From NCBI GenBank assembly GCA_965235115.1, contig OZ249437.1, positions 49,600,001 to 49,664,000 of the forward strand: 64,000 nucleotides of DNA, written 5' to 3'. Each line of letters starts with the position of its first letter. Position 1 is the first letter of the stretch. Positions 12,382-23,200 of the stretch are shown here, one piece after another. A program made the translations under genes and the position numbers. This DNA comes from Laetmonice hystrix. Lineage: Eukaryota. Under the pieces are notes generated by a model. The model saw only the letters and a program-made list of their open reading frames with translations, was not told the DNA's origin and searched no databases.

Positions 12382-15300
12382 GTAGGTTCTGTAACATATT
12401 TTTCTACAGCAGCCTCTGTCAAACTATTACCCCAGTATATTAATATTGGGGGTTTAAAAACCTTGTTGAAAATATAGGCCTACACGGTATGCATTACAGA
12501 TGGGGTTTTTTTTGTATAAAATTGTTCCTTAGATATTCTGATCAAATATACACAGAAACTTAATTTATAAAAAGAACTGTTCCCGAGTGGTTTCCTCCAT
12601 TATAATTGGTCTTTCCTTACCAATCCTGTCTCTATTTTCAGCACGTGCGGGAGGTGAGACAGGGTGCTGATGTTCAGAGTAAACCGTTAGCCACCCGCAC
12701 ACCCCCCTCACCTGACCCAGGGTTGGTCACGTGGGTGGTGGTCGATGCCCGTGGCGCCCCGCCAGCCGAGGCATGCCATGGGGCCCTCAACCTCTACAAC
12801 AGCTGGACTGTGCTCGTCTATGGGGTGGACAAGCCAGATGCCAACAGGTATACATAATGGCATGATACTACAGACAGACGAGTCTGGTTCTACATTATGC
12901 TGCAGATATATTCCAACAAGATCCTCATTTCTTGCTTCGGACTGGGTGACAAAATTAATTGGGTTTTCGAGATATCCTGTGTACTGATAATAGAGGCAAA
13001 ATCGGTCTGGACCCCATATTACATGTTCGGCAATCGCCCAGTTACAGAGTCATAATATTTCAACTATAATTTGAATGTTTGGGATCACATTAAGTTGTTT
13101 TTGCAGTGTGTCCCGGTGCCGGTACCTGCCCAATCTAGATTCTCCACTGTGGTCAAAGCTAGGCATTGCTGACAACACCCTTTCAGAGGAGTTGAAGGCA
13201 TACTTATACGCCATTAAGGTTAGTTCTACCCTAGTCACAGTCACACGACTTGTTATCAAGTTTAACGACACAGCTCTGAGAGGCGTTCCCCTGGCGGTGG
13301 CCAGATGATAGTTTCAAGTGAATTTTAAAGTCTGAAAAACTACATAGGCCTACTTGTATTCTTTTGGTAGAGAAGAAAATATACGTCTTTATGGAAATAT
13401 ATACATAGGTATACTTCCATATACATGTGTACACCCATCATAAACGGAATGACCAAGTTTATATGAAGCTGTCGCCTCTGTCGGCAATATCATATTTGAC
13501 CTTCCAAATATCCTGGTGTAAGGATTAAATCATCAGAGCAGAAAATGATTTTTTTCAGGAGGGTGCTGAGGCTATATACGTCCAGAGTGGTAGGCCTACT
13601 GCTTCAGGTAGCAGGACAGAGGCGAAGATTGTAGAGCACACCTACGAGGGTCTCATGTACGGCGCTCAGTCTGGTAGTAGTGCCCACTTCAGGGCCTTGG
13701 AACATTTCGGGTGCAGGACGGAAGACGAAACGTCTGTTCAGAATCCAGGTCCTAGTCCTGTGTACAACATATGCAAGCACAAAGTTCCTGCTATTCATGC
13801 ACCCGCATATATTACCATTCCACACTTTACAGTCACCCAGGATGGGAGCGATAGAACGAGAGAAATCGCACCTTGTGACAGGAGAGCTCCTCCAGTAACT
13901 CTTCAAGTCGGAACTTTCGCAGATATTGAACTACAGGAGGCGTTGTACACCAGTGATGCATTCTGGGCCCTGGGACTACAATCTATCAACACCAAAGGAC
14001 ATAATATAGCTTTAGGATACACCATTCAGAAATTGCTGAGTTTAGTGGGTCAACGAATTCAGGTTCATTACAATGAGGGGTTAGCTTTAACGAAGTCAGA
14101 AAGTCCTGCATTAAAAACGACAGCATATCTAAACAAGATCACACAAAATCTAAACCAGTGGAACTGTCAGGCATCAGAGTTCATGTTGTGCGTTAATGAC
14201 TTGTTTTCTCACTTGGGGGCGCTCAGGTTGTTGGAAACAGATCTCAAGAAACGCCTGACAGTTTGGTGGGAGGCATTGCTACAAATCGATTACAACTACC
14301 CGGTGTTAGGAGAGGGTGAACTAGACCTGAAATGTTACAGTGGTCAGGTGATCTTTCACCCCATTGATCTAAACCTTAAGATTCCCTGGAGACAGTATCG
14401 CTCAAAACCCTTCCAGCCACTCGCCAATGCTGAGCAGACTCTGTCTACTTTTCAACAGACTTGTTCTAGTTATAAGATCAAAGCTGATTCGTTTCATACG
14501 GTGAACCTTACCCACCCTTGGTCTCAAGCTGAGTCCATACTCCTCATCGTAATCTTCAATACCCCACACTACGAGGCCATACCTTACGTTGAACTCCTCT
14601 ACAGACCATTTTACCCAAACCTTGTCTATTGTGGCCCGGGACTACCAGATCTGAAAAAGTTTCCACAACTTGCAAATTATAAGCTAACTTTCCTCTCCTA
14701 CAACCCGACCCCGGCTGGCCACTTTCCCGGTGCGTTTAACTATGAATGCGTCGCCATGGTCATGCAGATGCAGTACGCTGTCAAAGGTTTTCTAGTGATC
14801 TCTGATGATATGTTTGTGTCTTTCTCCCACTTAAGTGGATATTCCGATCAGGCCGTGTGGTTCTTGCCAAAAGCAGAAGTAAAGATAGGTGAGTTGACGC
14901 ACCTGATGGAGTGTCGTTTGGGGATGTGTGACTTCCATCCCCACTGGAGATGGTGGGAGGACTACCAGGCTCAGACTCTATCGGCCCTAGCTGAACTCAA
15001 ACAGCGCCACCACCACCACTATACCTTCTATCGTTGTTACCGACAACTTATAGAAATAACCGGTGGCGACGGACGCGCCCACGGAGCCTACTCCGACATA
15101 TTCTACATTCCTCAACGACTTGCCACACAGTTCAGCACCATGGCCGAATTCTTTTTGGAGAAACAGGTTTTTCTTGAGATAGCCGTGCCCTCAATTCTAT
15201 GGTGTCTCGAACGACCGGAAAAAATAACAGAAATGAAGGGATTTCAGAGTTGGGAGCTGTCAAGGGATCAACCCTGGGTTCATTTTAACAAGAGGAACTA

Positions 15301-15436
15301 CCTGGGAAAGGTCTACTTCCACCCAGTCAAGTGGGGCCACCTAGTGGCGGGAGTTCGCAAAATGTCCGACCTCCTCTGTACCAGTCTCTTGCCCTATTTG
15401 CATGATCCATACGGTAGAATGCTGGCAAATACGTGA
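12274..15436 (+). CDS. STELLO-like (DUF288) type II membrane glycosyltransferase-like protein, paralog B; join(12274..12381,12642..12847,13107..13218,13559..15436), about 767 aa
   Basis: Four GT-AG exons join in frame (2304 nt; phases 0,2,0). Clearly similar to paralog A: YLYAIK|EGAEAIY vs YLYAIQ|HGAEVIY; PPVTLQVGTFA..ALY..AFWAL vs PPVVLPYGTFA..TLY..AFWAL; ILLIVIFN..EAIP..E..YR..YPNLVYC vs LLVIHMN..DAIP..E..YR..FPNILYC. Confidence 0.88.
12642..12847 (+). CDS. Paralog B exon 2 (stem, WVVVDARG...SWTVLVYG)
   Basis: ctattttcag| acceptor and AG|gtatac donor; homologous to paralog A exon 2. Confidence 0.82.
13107..13218 (+). CDS. Paralog B exon 3 (...KAYLYAIK)
   Basis: tttttgcag| acceptor and AAG|gttagt donor; ends at the same motif as paralog A exon 3. 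Confidence 0.85.
13559..15436 (+). CDS. Paralog B terminal coding exon
   Basis: tttttttcag| acceptor in frame with ORF 13655..15436; begins EGAEAIY; TGA at 15434..15436. Confidence 0.9.
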   Translation, partial: EGAEAIYVQSGRPTASGSRTEAKIVEHTYEGLMYGAQSGSSAHFRALEHFGCRTEDETSVQNPGPSPVYNICKHKVPAIHAPAYITIPHFTVTQDGSDRTREIAPCDRRAPPVTLQVGTFADIELQEALYTSDAFWALGLQSINTKGHNIALGYTIQKLLSLVGQRIQVHYNEGLALTKSESPALKTTAYLNKITQNLNQWNCQASEFMLCVNDLFSHLGALRLLETDLKKRLTVWWEALLQIDYNYPVLGEGELDLKCYSGQVIFHPIDLNLKIPWRQYRSKPFQPLANAEQTLSTFQQTCSSYKIKADSFHTVNLTHPWSQAESILLIVIFNTPHYEAIPYVELLYRPFYPNLVYCGPGLPDLKKFPQLANYKLTFLSYNPTPAGHFPGAFNYECVAMVMQMQYAVKGFLVISDDMFVSFSHLSGYSDQAVWFLPKAEVKIGELTHLMECRLGMCDFHPHWRWWEDYQAQTLSALAELKQRHHHHYTFYRCYRQLIEITGGDGRAHGAYSDIFYIPQRLATQFSTMAEFFLEKQVFLEIAVPSILWCLERPEKITEMKGFQSWELSRDQPWVHFNKRNYLGKVYFHPVKWGHLVAGVRKMSDLLCTSLLPYLHDPYGRMLANT

Positions 15437-16088
15437 AAACTGAACAACAACATGTTGGAACCCCAAGATTAGGAAAAACCTGCCATTTTAATTATATTTA
15501 TACTGCATCGAAACAGAGTGCAGATTTAAGGTTATTTTCCGGTGAGACATTTTTGGGTGTTTTTGTGACTAGTGTACTACCTACTACATGTACATGTGTA
15601 TACATACCGTTAAGTATGCGTAATGCACTTTGAAGGAGCGTGAGAAAGGCTTCCTGAACAAGTGTTTGTGGTTGTGACCCGGTAGTTAGCATCCATAACT
15701 TTCGGTGCTGCTATTGAAGACTGAAGCCTTTGTGATTTACAAACCCATGAATCCATGCCAACCTTTTTGTTTTTAGAGGATTTCAGGTAAGATATTTATA
15801 AAAAACATGAGAGAAGAAATATTTGCCTCCGATATTTATGTGCAATGGCGTTGGTCCATTGGTAATCTCCGAGTACATTCCAAGTAACTATGTTCGGAAT
15901 TTAGAACTTGCCTTTTGGGCGTCTATATTCATAACGAAAGTACGTGCACCATGCCCGGTATATCTTTGTGCTGAAAAACACTGTTATATGTGTATTGTAA
16001 CCTCAGTCAGATTATTTCACAAGATAAAGCCGAACTGCTGACAAAAGATAACTCTTAATCTCATAGGAAATTGTGTGAACGTTGTTTT

Positions 16089-16094
16089 AATAAA
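16089..16094 (+). terminator. Candidate polyadenylation signal of paralog B
   Basis: First AATAAA I found downstream of the stop codon (about 650 nt); position-based only. Confidence 0.35.
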
Positions 16095-19000
16095 AGTGTA
16101 AAGAAACAAATCTTATGGTTGGCGCCTACGTAATGTAGAGATTAACGTAATGAGTTTTAATTGACGTAGGTGTTTATAATGTACATTTTCATTCCTGGGA
16201 TCGATTTACTCAGAATATAGGGTAGCATAGGGGTGAATGGTATTCAACATTTCTATTAGAAAAAAAGGTGGGGGGAAAACCACCTGTCAGTTAACTTTAC
16301 TTCTTCAAATAGAAACTATTCTTCAGAAATACGAAAGTTGGAACTGACAAGATTCAAAACGATGGTATGATCAGAATCAGGGGAGGTGCTTCAGGTTTTC
16401 AAAACATTCCACTTTTGTGTCACTATGGGTAGTGAATCAGGGATTACATTCCACAACCAGGGTTTGGCGGTTAGACCCTGCTCAACGTTATCAGTTTGCT
16501 GGTTTAGTAGATTCTGTTGTCCGCTTAATAAATGTCACAGTTCCACGGTTCCGACAGCTAATTCTGCAGCATGCCAGACTGATGTACTCTGTAAGATGTT
16601 GAAGTAACGGTGGAGCCTTGGTGAGAATTAACTGGTGCGAGTCACAAATGTTTTATCAAATCCCAGTGATTTCAGAACTGCCCATTTCATCATAACGCTG
16701 TTTACGATTATTGTGAATTTATTTTTCGACCAGTTTTTGTTGGCTGGAAGATTTTTTTAATTATCGGAGCTTAAGTTTATGTTGAGTAGTAACTACTGTT
16801 AAGGGTTTTTTTCCCAACAGTTGCCGCGAGTCCGAGAAATCACTTGTAGTGATTTATAAGGTAACATATCACTCTAGCTGTAGTTTGTGTAACGGGTATA
16901 ATGTCGTACATAATGACACAGTCAAAGTTTTCTAGTAAGGTACACAGTATGGATTGGAGCGTGGGTTTGCAGGATGATGCATGTCTACTTACTCGCCATC
17001 CCCGCACGATCGTCGAGTGCCGAGTTCTAGTTTAAATGAACTCATGGCCTGTGATATGTAAATGGTCAAATACCCCGCAAAAATGCTACGAATAAATATT
17101 GTATCCATGAGCCGCACTGCTGTCATCTATTACTTTTTGAACACCCTCTTCTGTCAGGTACTTCAAAACAGACAGAGATGAAGAAACTCACGACACACCA
17201 TTGTATATTAAATATCAAAAATTTATTTCTTAAATCTGTGGCTGTGGTACTGTAATGATCCAAGAAATCCATGTTGCCGTAGGAAAGGTTTGACACTTTT
17301 TGAGACACTACCGAGTATTCTAGAACACATTCACCATACTACGACACTGGTCTACAGTAGAAATCCAGCCGCGACGGGCGGCCCGCTGGTTGAAGACAGC
17401 TAGCTGGCAGCCACGAGCACAGTAACCCCAGGGTTAGAAAAGTACCCCATACTGAGAAACAAAATCTGGCGGATCCAAATTTACATAGACTGTTCCTGTT
17501 TTGTTGGTTTTTATTTTCACTGTAGGCAATGAGTTTAGGTCACATGTGAACGACTATTACCGTGGTTATATTTTGCCTGGTTTATAATTTATATTTGCAA
17601 CAGGTAAGGATAACTTCATTGACATATTCATGAACTTTACCTGACAAACAATGAAAACTCCCTTCAAAAATACATTCGGCCTGACTCTGTACATTCTGCA
17701 ATATTTCAGTGACGGGGAAACTGTCGCCGTACACGGAACAGTGTTGGTTCTCTACAGACATACAAACATACGCCCTCGTTTTCAGGGTTAGCGCAGGAAC
17801 ACTTGTGGCCCCCTCTAGCGTAGGATTGGTGAGTTATCCGCTTGTGCCATAGACTTTACTATAACTATATATACACTTATTTATAGCAGCCAATCCAGAC
17901 AGGATGAATTACAAATGTATACTAGTAACTATCATATTCCCAAAGATTATTATGCCTCTTGTTACATAAATAAAATGTTTGCGCTGGACACAGAGTAACA
18001 TAACACTATAGGCCTACCATGTCTGAACTAAGCTTAAATTTCATGGTTTTCCAAACTTAATTTTTTTTTTAAAGCAGAGATTACTTACATTACTTTTATA
18101 CCCCCCTGCCTTTTTCATGATTCATTTCCATAACCGATATCTAACGTCTTTACTATTGCAAATATGTATCACGTATTATAACTGACTTGAGTTTGCTTGA
18201 TAAAACTAAACTGGGGATGGCACGATTCGGTCTCTTTAACATTTGAAATATCTGTCATGCTTCATAAAGTTTATTCTGAATTAATAATTAAAATGTACTT
18301 ATGCTAGATGGGAGGAAAACGTGACTATTTACGGTGAAGAAATACTAAACGATGGGGGAATCTTGAAATAAAAAATGAATCCACCTCTGATTGGCTGCTA
18401 CAAGACCTGAATGCACTGCAGTGTCAATCTCAATGACCATATCGGACTTCCTTCTTCTCTCCAGCCAAACCGATTACACGTACCAGTAATTGATGTGTTG
18501 CTCACGAGATGACCTGCCACTCACCATTTATTTCTGTCTACACAAAGAGCAGCTAAACAGGTTTGCTACCGTTTGACTAAATATGCCTCCTCACAGAAAT
18601 GATATCAATATTCAAGCCAGCTGGTTGTGTATGTACATACACATACATACAGACATACAGACCAACAGAGACTATTCACAAGTGGTAGGTAGGGAGGGGC
18701 TAACATCATATACAGTCAATGAGAAATGGGAAGAACTGAACAAAAGATCGTACCCCCACCTGTCCGCCCACCCGCCCATGCTCTCAATGCTTATTACATC
18801 AACCGCCAGATGGCGTAACTGCGAGGCCCTCAGCCAATCAGGCAAGCAGTGAGCATACCGAGGAGGTATGTCACGTGACAGGGTACCGAGAGACACCATA
18901 CCGTAACGTCACACATACAATTAACCTGGGTATCCCTTACTGTATTATATCAAATAGGATTTACAAGCAAAACAACCCCCTCATTTCTCTGAAAAGCTAG

Positions 19001-20140
19001 GGGAGAAGCCCGTATACTCAGTTGTACGGTGGTGGGGAAATAATATACAAACCAACGCATTTTGGCTAAAATGAGGTTTGATTGCAACTGCCACACATAC
19101 ATAATACATACACTGTGTACGAAAATAGTGTCAGTCTGAAGGTTGGTCTATTCAACAGCATTATGTACAGTGCCTGTCACTGCCCTGCCACTCTCTCAAA
19201 ACGTCTCTCCTCGCCAATGCTCATGAGTGAAATATCCTCTCAAAGACGTAGAATACTATATTACAAAAGATTACATAAATAGATGTTGCACAGAACAAAA
19301 TGTGTCCCCGTACCCCTGCTGCTGATATGGCCGTGCAGATGGGTACAAATTGTAGCCAACCCTACGTACGCTCCACATCATTACACCAATTACTGGAAAA
19401 ACAAACGTCTTACTCTGCCAGCATGTCCCTTGCTTCTCTCATGAATTTATCATGTTAGACACAATGAATTCTGAGTAAGTTCCATAATTTACTTCCTCTG
19501 ATATCCACCTTGTAATGACGTTAAATCTAGGTCCTGCAGAGTTTTGTCGAGTATATAAAACAAGCCTTCCAGTCCCCTGGTCTGGTCTTCCATTCTTCCA
19601 CTGTACAAGCCAAAAGACTTGAAACATGCCGTGAAACTTGGTGTAATACTGTGTTGCGAATCCCGGCAACGTGGTTTGCACTTGTAACAGCACTTCCCAT
19701 TGGCCCACTTGGCAGTGCCATGTTCCGAAGACTTGGTCCATGTCTTTACTGAAGACTGGGATGCACCATCTCTCCATAACCTTTATTATATTCTGACCAC
19801 TGAACCGAAACCAAGCAGGGTCTCTGCTCGCCCTGCCACCTAGCACTGAGTCAGACACCCTCAAAGTCTAGGATGTTGCTCCTACTCTTCACGTTATGAC
19901 TGTCCACATTTCAGTTTTGTGAAGACATCCCAAACAGGGAGCTACCACCAGCCACACTCTGCTGCACAGTCATTGGCTGGTGGGAATCACATGACCTGGT
20001 GCCGTGATTCAGCTGGGGTATGAAGAGAGAATGAGATGGCAGCAAGGACTGGCGCCAACCTAGGACTGGCGCCAACCTAAGAACCCCGGAGACGTTAGGA
20101 TCTCTGGGCTGATAGAGTCACAGAGAGCCGACTGACGCCG

Positions 20141-20239
20141 TTAGCATTCGAATTCCTGCTGTGTGATAGCATTCAGGTCCTTCATCAACCCTTCCAGGTT
20201 GGCCATCTCGGCACTCAGCTCCTCTGCACTATACGATTT
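20141..20239 (-). CDS. NEO1: Neogenin terminal P3 exon (not in the ORF track)
   Basis: attttcag| [35 protein letters not shown]. Confidence 0.95.
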   Translation of the reverse strand, partial: KSYSAEELSAEMANLEGLMKDLNAITQQEFEC

Positions 20240-23200
20240 CTGAAAATATACGAGAAAATCTACAATTAGAAAATAAAACTCCATTTTATTCTGCACATAC
20301 GTCCGTAGTGCCATAAGCTCTGATTAATATGTAAACTTGTAAAATACTGTAGATCTCGAGATTTGAGGAATGTTCCACTTACTGGCAAGTCTGAATCGGT
20401 GCTGCGATCACTGCGGATTGTAACGTCAGGAGCCTTGGGCGTTACAACTGGCAGTGGTGATCGAGGTTTGACTGGTGTTGTAGCATTACTGGGTGGAACC
20501 GTGGGCTTCTTGTAGGGGCTAGTGGGATGCTGCTGCTGCTGTGGCCGAACTGAAACAGGAAAAGGATAACTTCAGACAGGGTTCTTTACTTAGGATACTG
20601 CATCAGTACTGGAAACAAGGGGTAACTGTAGACGGCTGGCGAGGAACGGCTTAATGTACACGGTTAAAATGGTGTTGGAATAAGTTGGTGTCAATAAGCT
20701 CTAGCGTCCTGTTTTAATGAAATCATCTCCTGTATGGAAAGTCTAATGGATCCAGACAGGCATAATACTAGGTGAAAAGCATTAAGTTCTTAAAATAAAA
20801 GTGTATGCATGAAAATGCTTACGTATTAATACTATTGTGAATTTGTCTTACGTCTACTTATGCTAGTAAGTCGCAAACAGGCTTAAATCGATTAGGAAAA
20901 CGGTTCTTTGAACATTATATAAAGATAATTTGATTATGGTTTTAAAGAATGATTAAAATACAGCCGAGACTACCAATTCGCCCCACAGAAGCAGTGAATA
21001 CAAAATACAAAAATACAAAACATGACGATGATGCACAAGTACCTCTCCACCATTATAAACAAAAAGCCAAACATAAAAACATAGAAAACTATATCTGCAC
21101 CAGGCTATCGCCCTTACCTCAACCACAGCTGAGACCAACATCACAGATAACCAAACCTGCCAACAGTAGCTGTACAGAAACCTTGGAGGGTGGGCTAGGA
21201 TTCACACAAACCCATGCAGGGGGAGGAGGACGGGAGGGAGGGAGGAGGGGGCGGGGTCAGATGGGACACTATAAACATAAACTCCTCACACCCACAACAA
21301 ATCTCAGAGGATCTCAGACCACAGTACAAACGACATGGGGAATGGTGGACCTGCTGTGGTGACAGACGCTCTCAGAAATAAATAACAAATAAATAAAATG
21401 AACGAAGTGTTTGTACAGAGGTGGTGATGATCTAGGCATGGATTGTGCTTGTCAACACGATTACACTGTGGTGTATGGCAGCGGTCTACACGAACAACAG
21501 CGGGAGTGTGAGACAATCAGTCACAACAGTCTTCCAATCAGTCCTTCAGTCTGAACCGTACGGGAGACACAGGGCCGAACTGTGGCTGCTGGTGGCACAC
21601 ACTAAACCAGTGATAACAGTTTTGTCAACCGTCAGACAAAAACATCCACATACCGAATAGGAGAGAAATAAGAGCACCAGCAGTATATGAAAGTCACATG
21701 TAAGTGTCAAGTGTGTATACATGTATAGCCACGTAGGAATTTGTTGGATGGTGGTACTTTGCTACGGCCAGGGATGAAGAATCGACTGGACTGAGAAATC
21801 AGTTGGTAGCTCTGTAATGACTGATGAATTGTGTGGCTCGTGCGGGTGTCACTTTGGTTGTCGACAGCATAATGCTTTGTGGCAGAATCACAAAAACATA
21901 TGACTACGAATCTTCTGGGAAAATAAACTCCAAGATTCTGGCTACAGATCTACGGCCATAAATATTCTCCTGTGAGTAGTGCATGGAAATGTCGGTTGGT
22001 AGTCTGACTGTCAAACCTCAGACCGAACTAGCACACGCCACTAAACCAGCATTTCCATATACTACTTATGCCGGCTTGGCATGTACGAAGGATAGGGTAT
22101 TGACTGGCAATATTAGACAAAGTCTCTCCCTGGATCTACGGAAAATGCAAGGGTTACAGTTCAAGCAGATGCCATCAGTTGGAATGAAAACATGGTCAAC
22201 AGAAACTACAAAATGCAGGCAAACTGGTGAAGAAACAGAGACAGGAGCGGGGCCCTCTTGGTAAAACTCTGCCCTGTGAGCTGGCTAAGTCAACAAGACC
22301 TCCCTGGATTCTGTCGTCCGGATTAACGGAGCCTACCTATGTGTTTTGGGGTAGGAGTATTAGGTGCACTCATTTGCGGGGGAGGCCCCGGAACTGAGAA
22401 ACTTTTGAGTGGATTGTTGGGACGATGAGGTAGACTCTTGCACCCGTCAGGTGTGGCGCAGTTGGAGGATGGAGTGCACGTGTGAGGTGGCGGCAGCTGG
22501 TCGTAAGGAATGGGTGCCTGCTGGTTGTGAGTGGAAGGCGACTCCGGGCTCTGCGGGCCTGCAATGGATGCCAACCGCATGCCGAACTGTTAGTGAGCTC
22601 AACAGCCCTACGACTGGCCAACCATCAAACAAGCCCGACCCCCTAGCCTGTGGGTGGGTGGGCGGATAGGTGGGTGGGCAGCGGGTGTTGGGGGACATGC
22701 CCAAGACCCGAAACAAAGGTACACTATATACACCCTAGCTCTCCAGGCCTTTATCCTGAAAGACCTTTGTTTGAAAGGACAGTGCCCATCCTAACCTGAC
22801 ATCAGGCCCCCTGGCGGATCAATGAGGAAATCCCTATGTGTTAAAACATGCCAATCAGTTTGACATTCCTATGGATGTTAGTTGTCAAGCTGTCAACCAT
22901 TCAGCAGGCTGTTAATAAATACGTAAGGTGAAGATATGTTATTACATGTATGTTTAGCCTGAGGCTCACTGCAACCTTTTTTTGTAAAAGCATGAATCAG
23001 ATGAGCGGTTCCTGAGAGACTAGCCGTGACATGCGCCTTTCAGGTACCGGTACATATCGGACACGCCCTAAATGTGAGATTTACAGTTTCAATCCATACA
23101 CTAATATAGTGATGACTTAAAGTCTGTTTTTAGAAAGGTTTCCTCATCCATGAGTGTGAGCAGTGAGCACCGGGATGAACATGTTAACTAGGGGCTGTTG

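Noticed and set aside
15436-20141. Functional link between the glycosyltransferases and the netrin receptor (glycans modulate netrin-DCC signalling)
   Set aside because: Tail-to-tail adjacency alone is not evidence in an animal genome; conserved synteny or co-expression would be needed.
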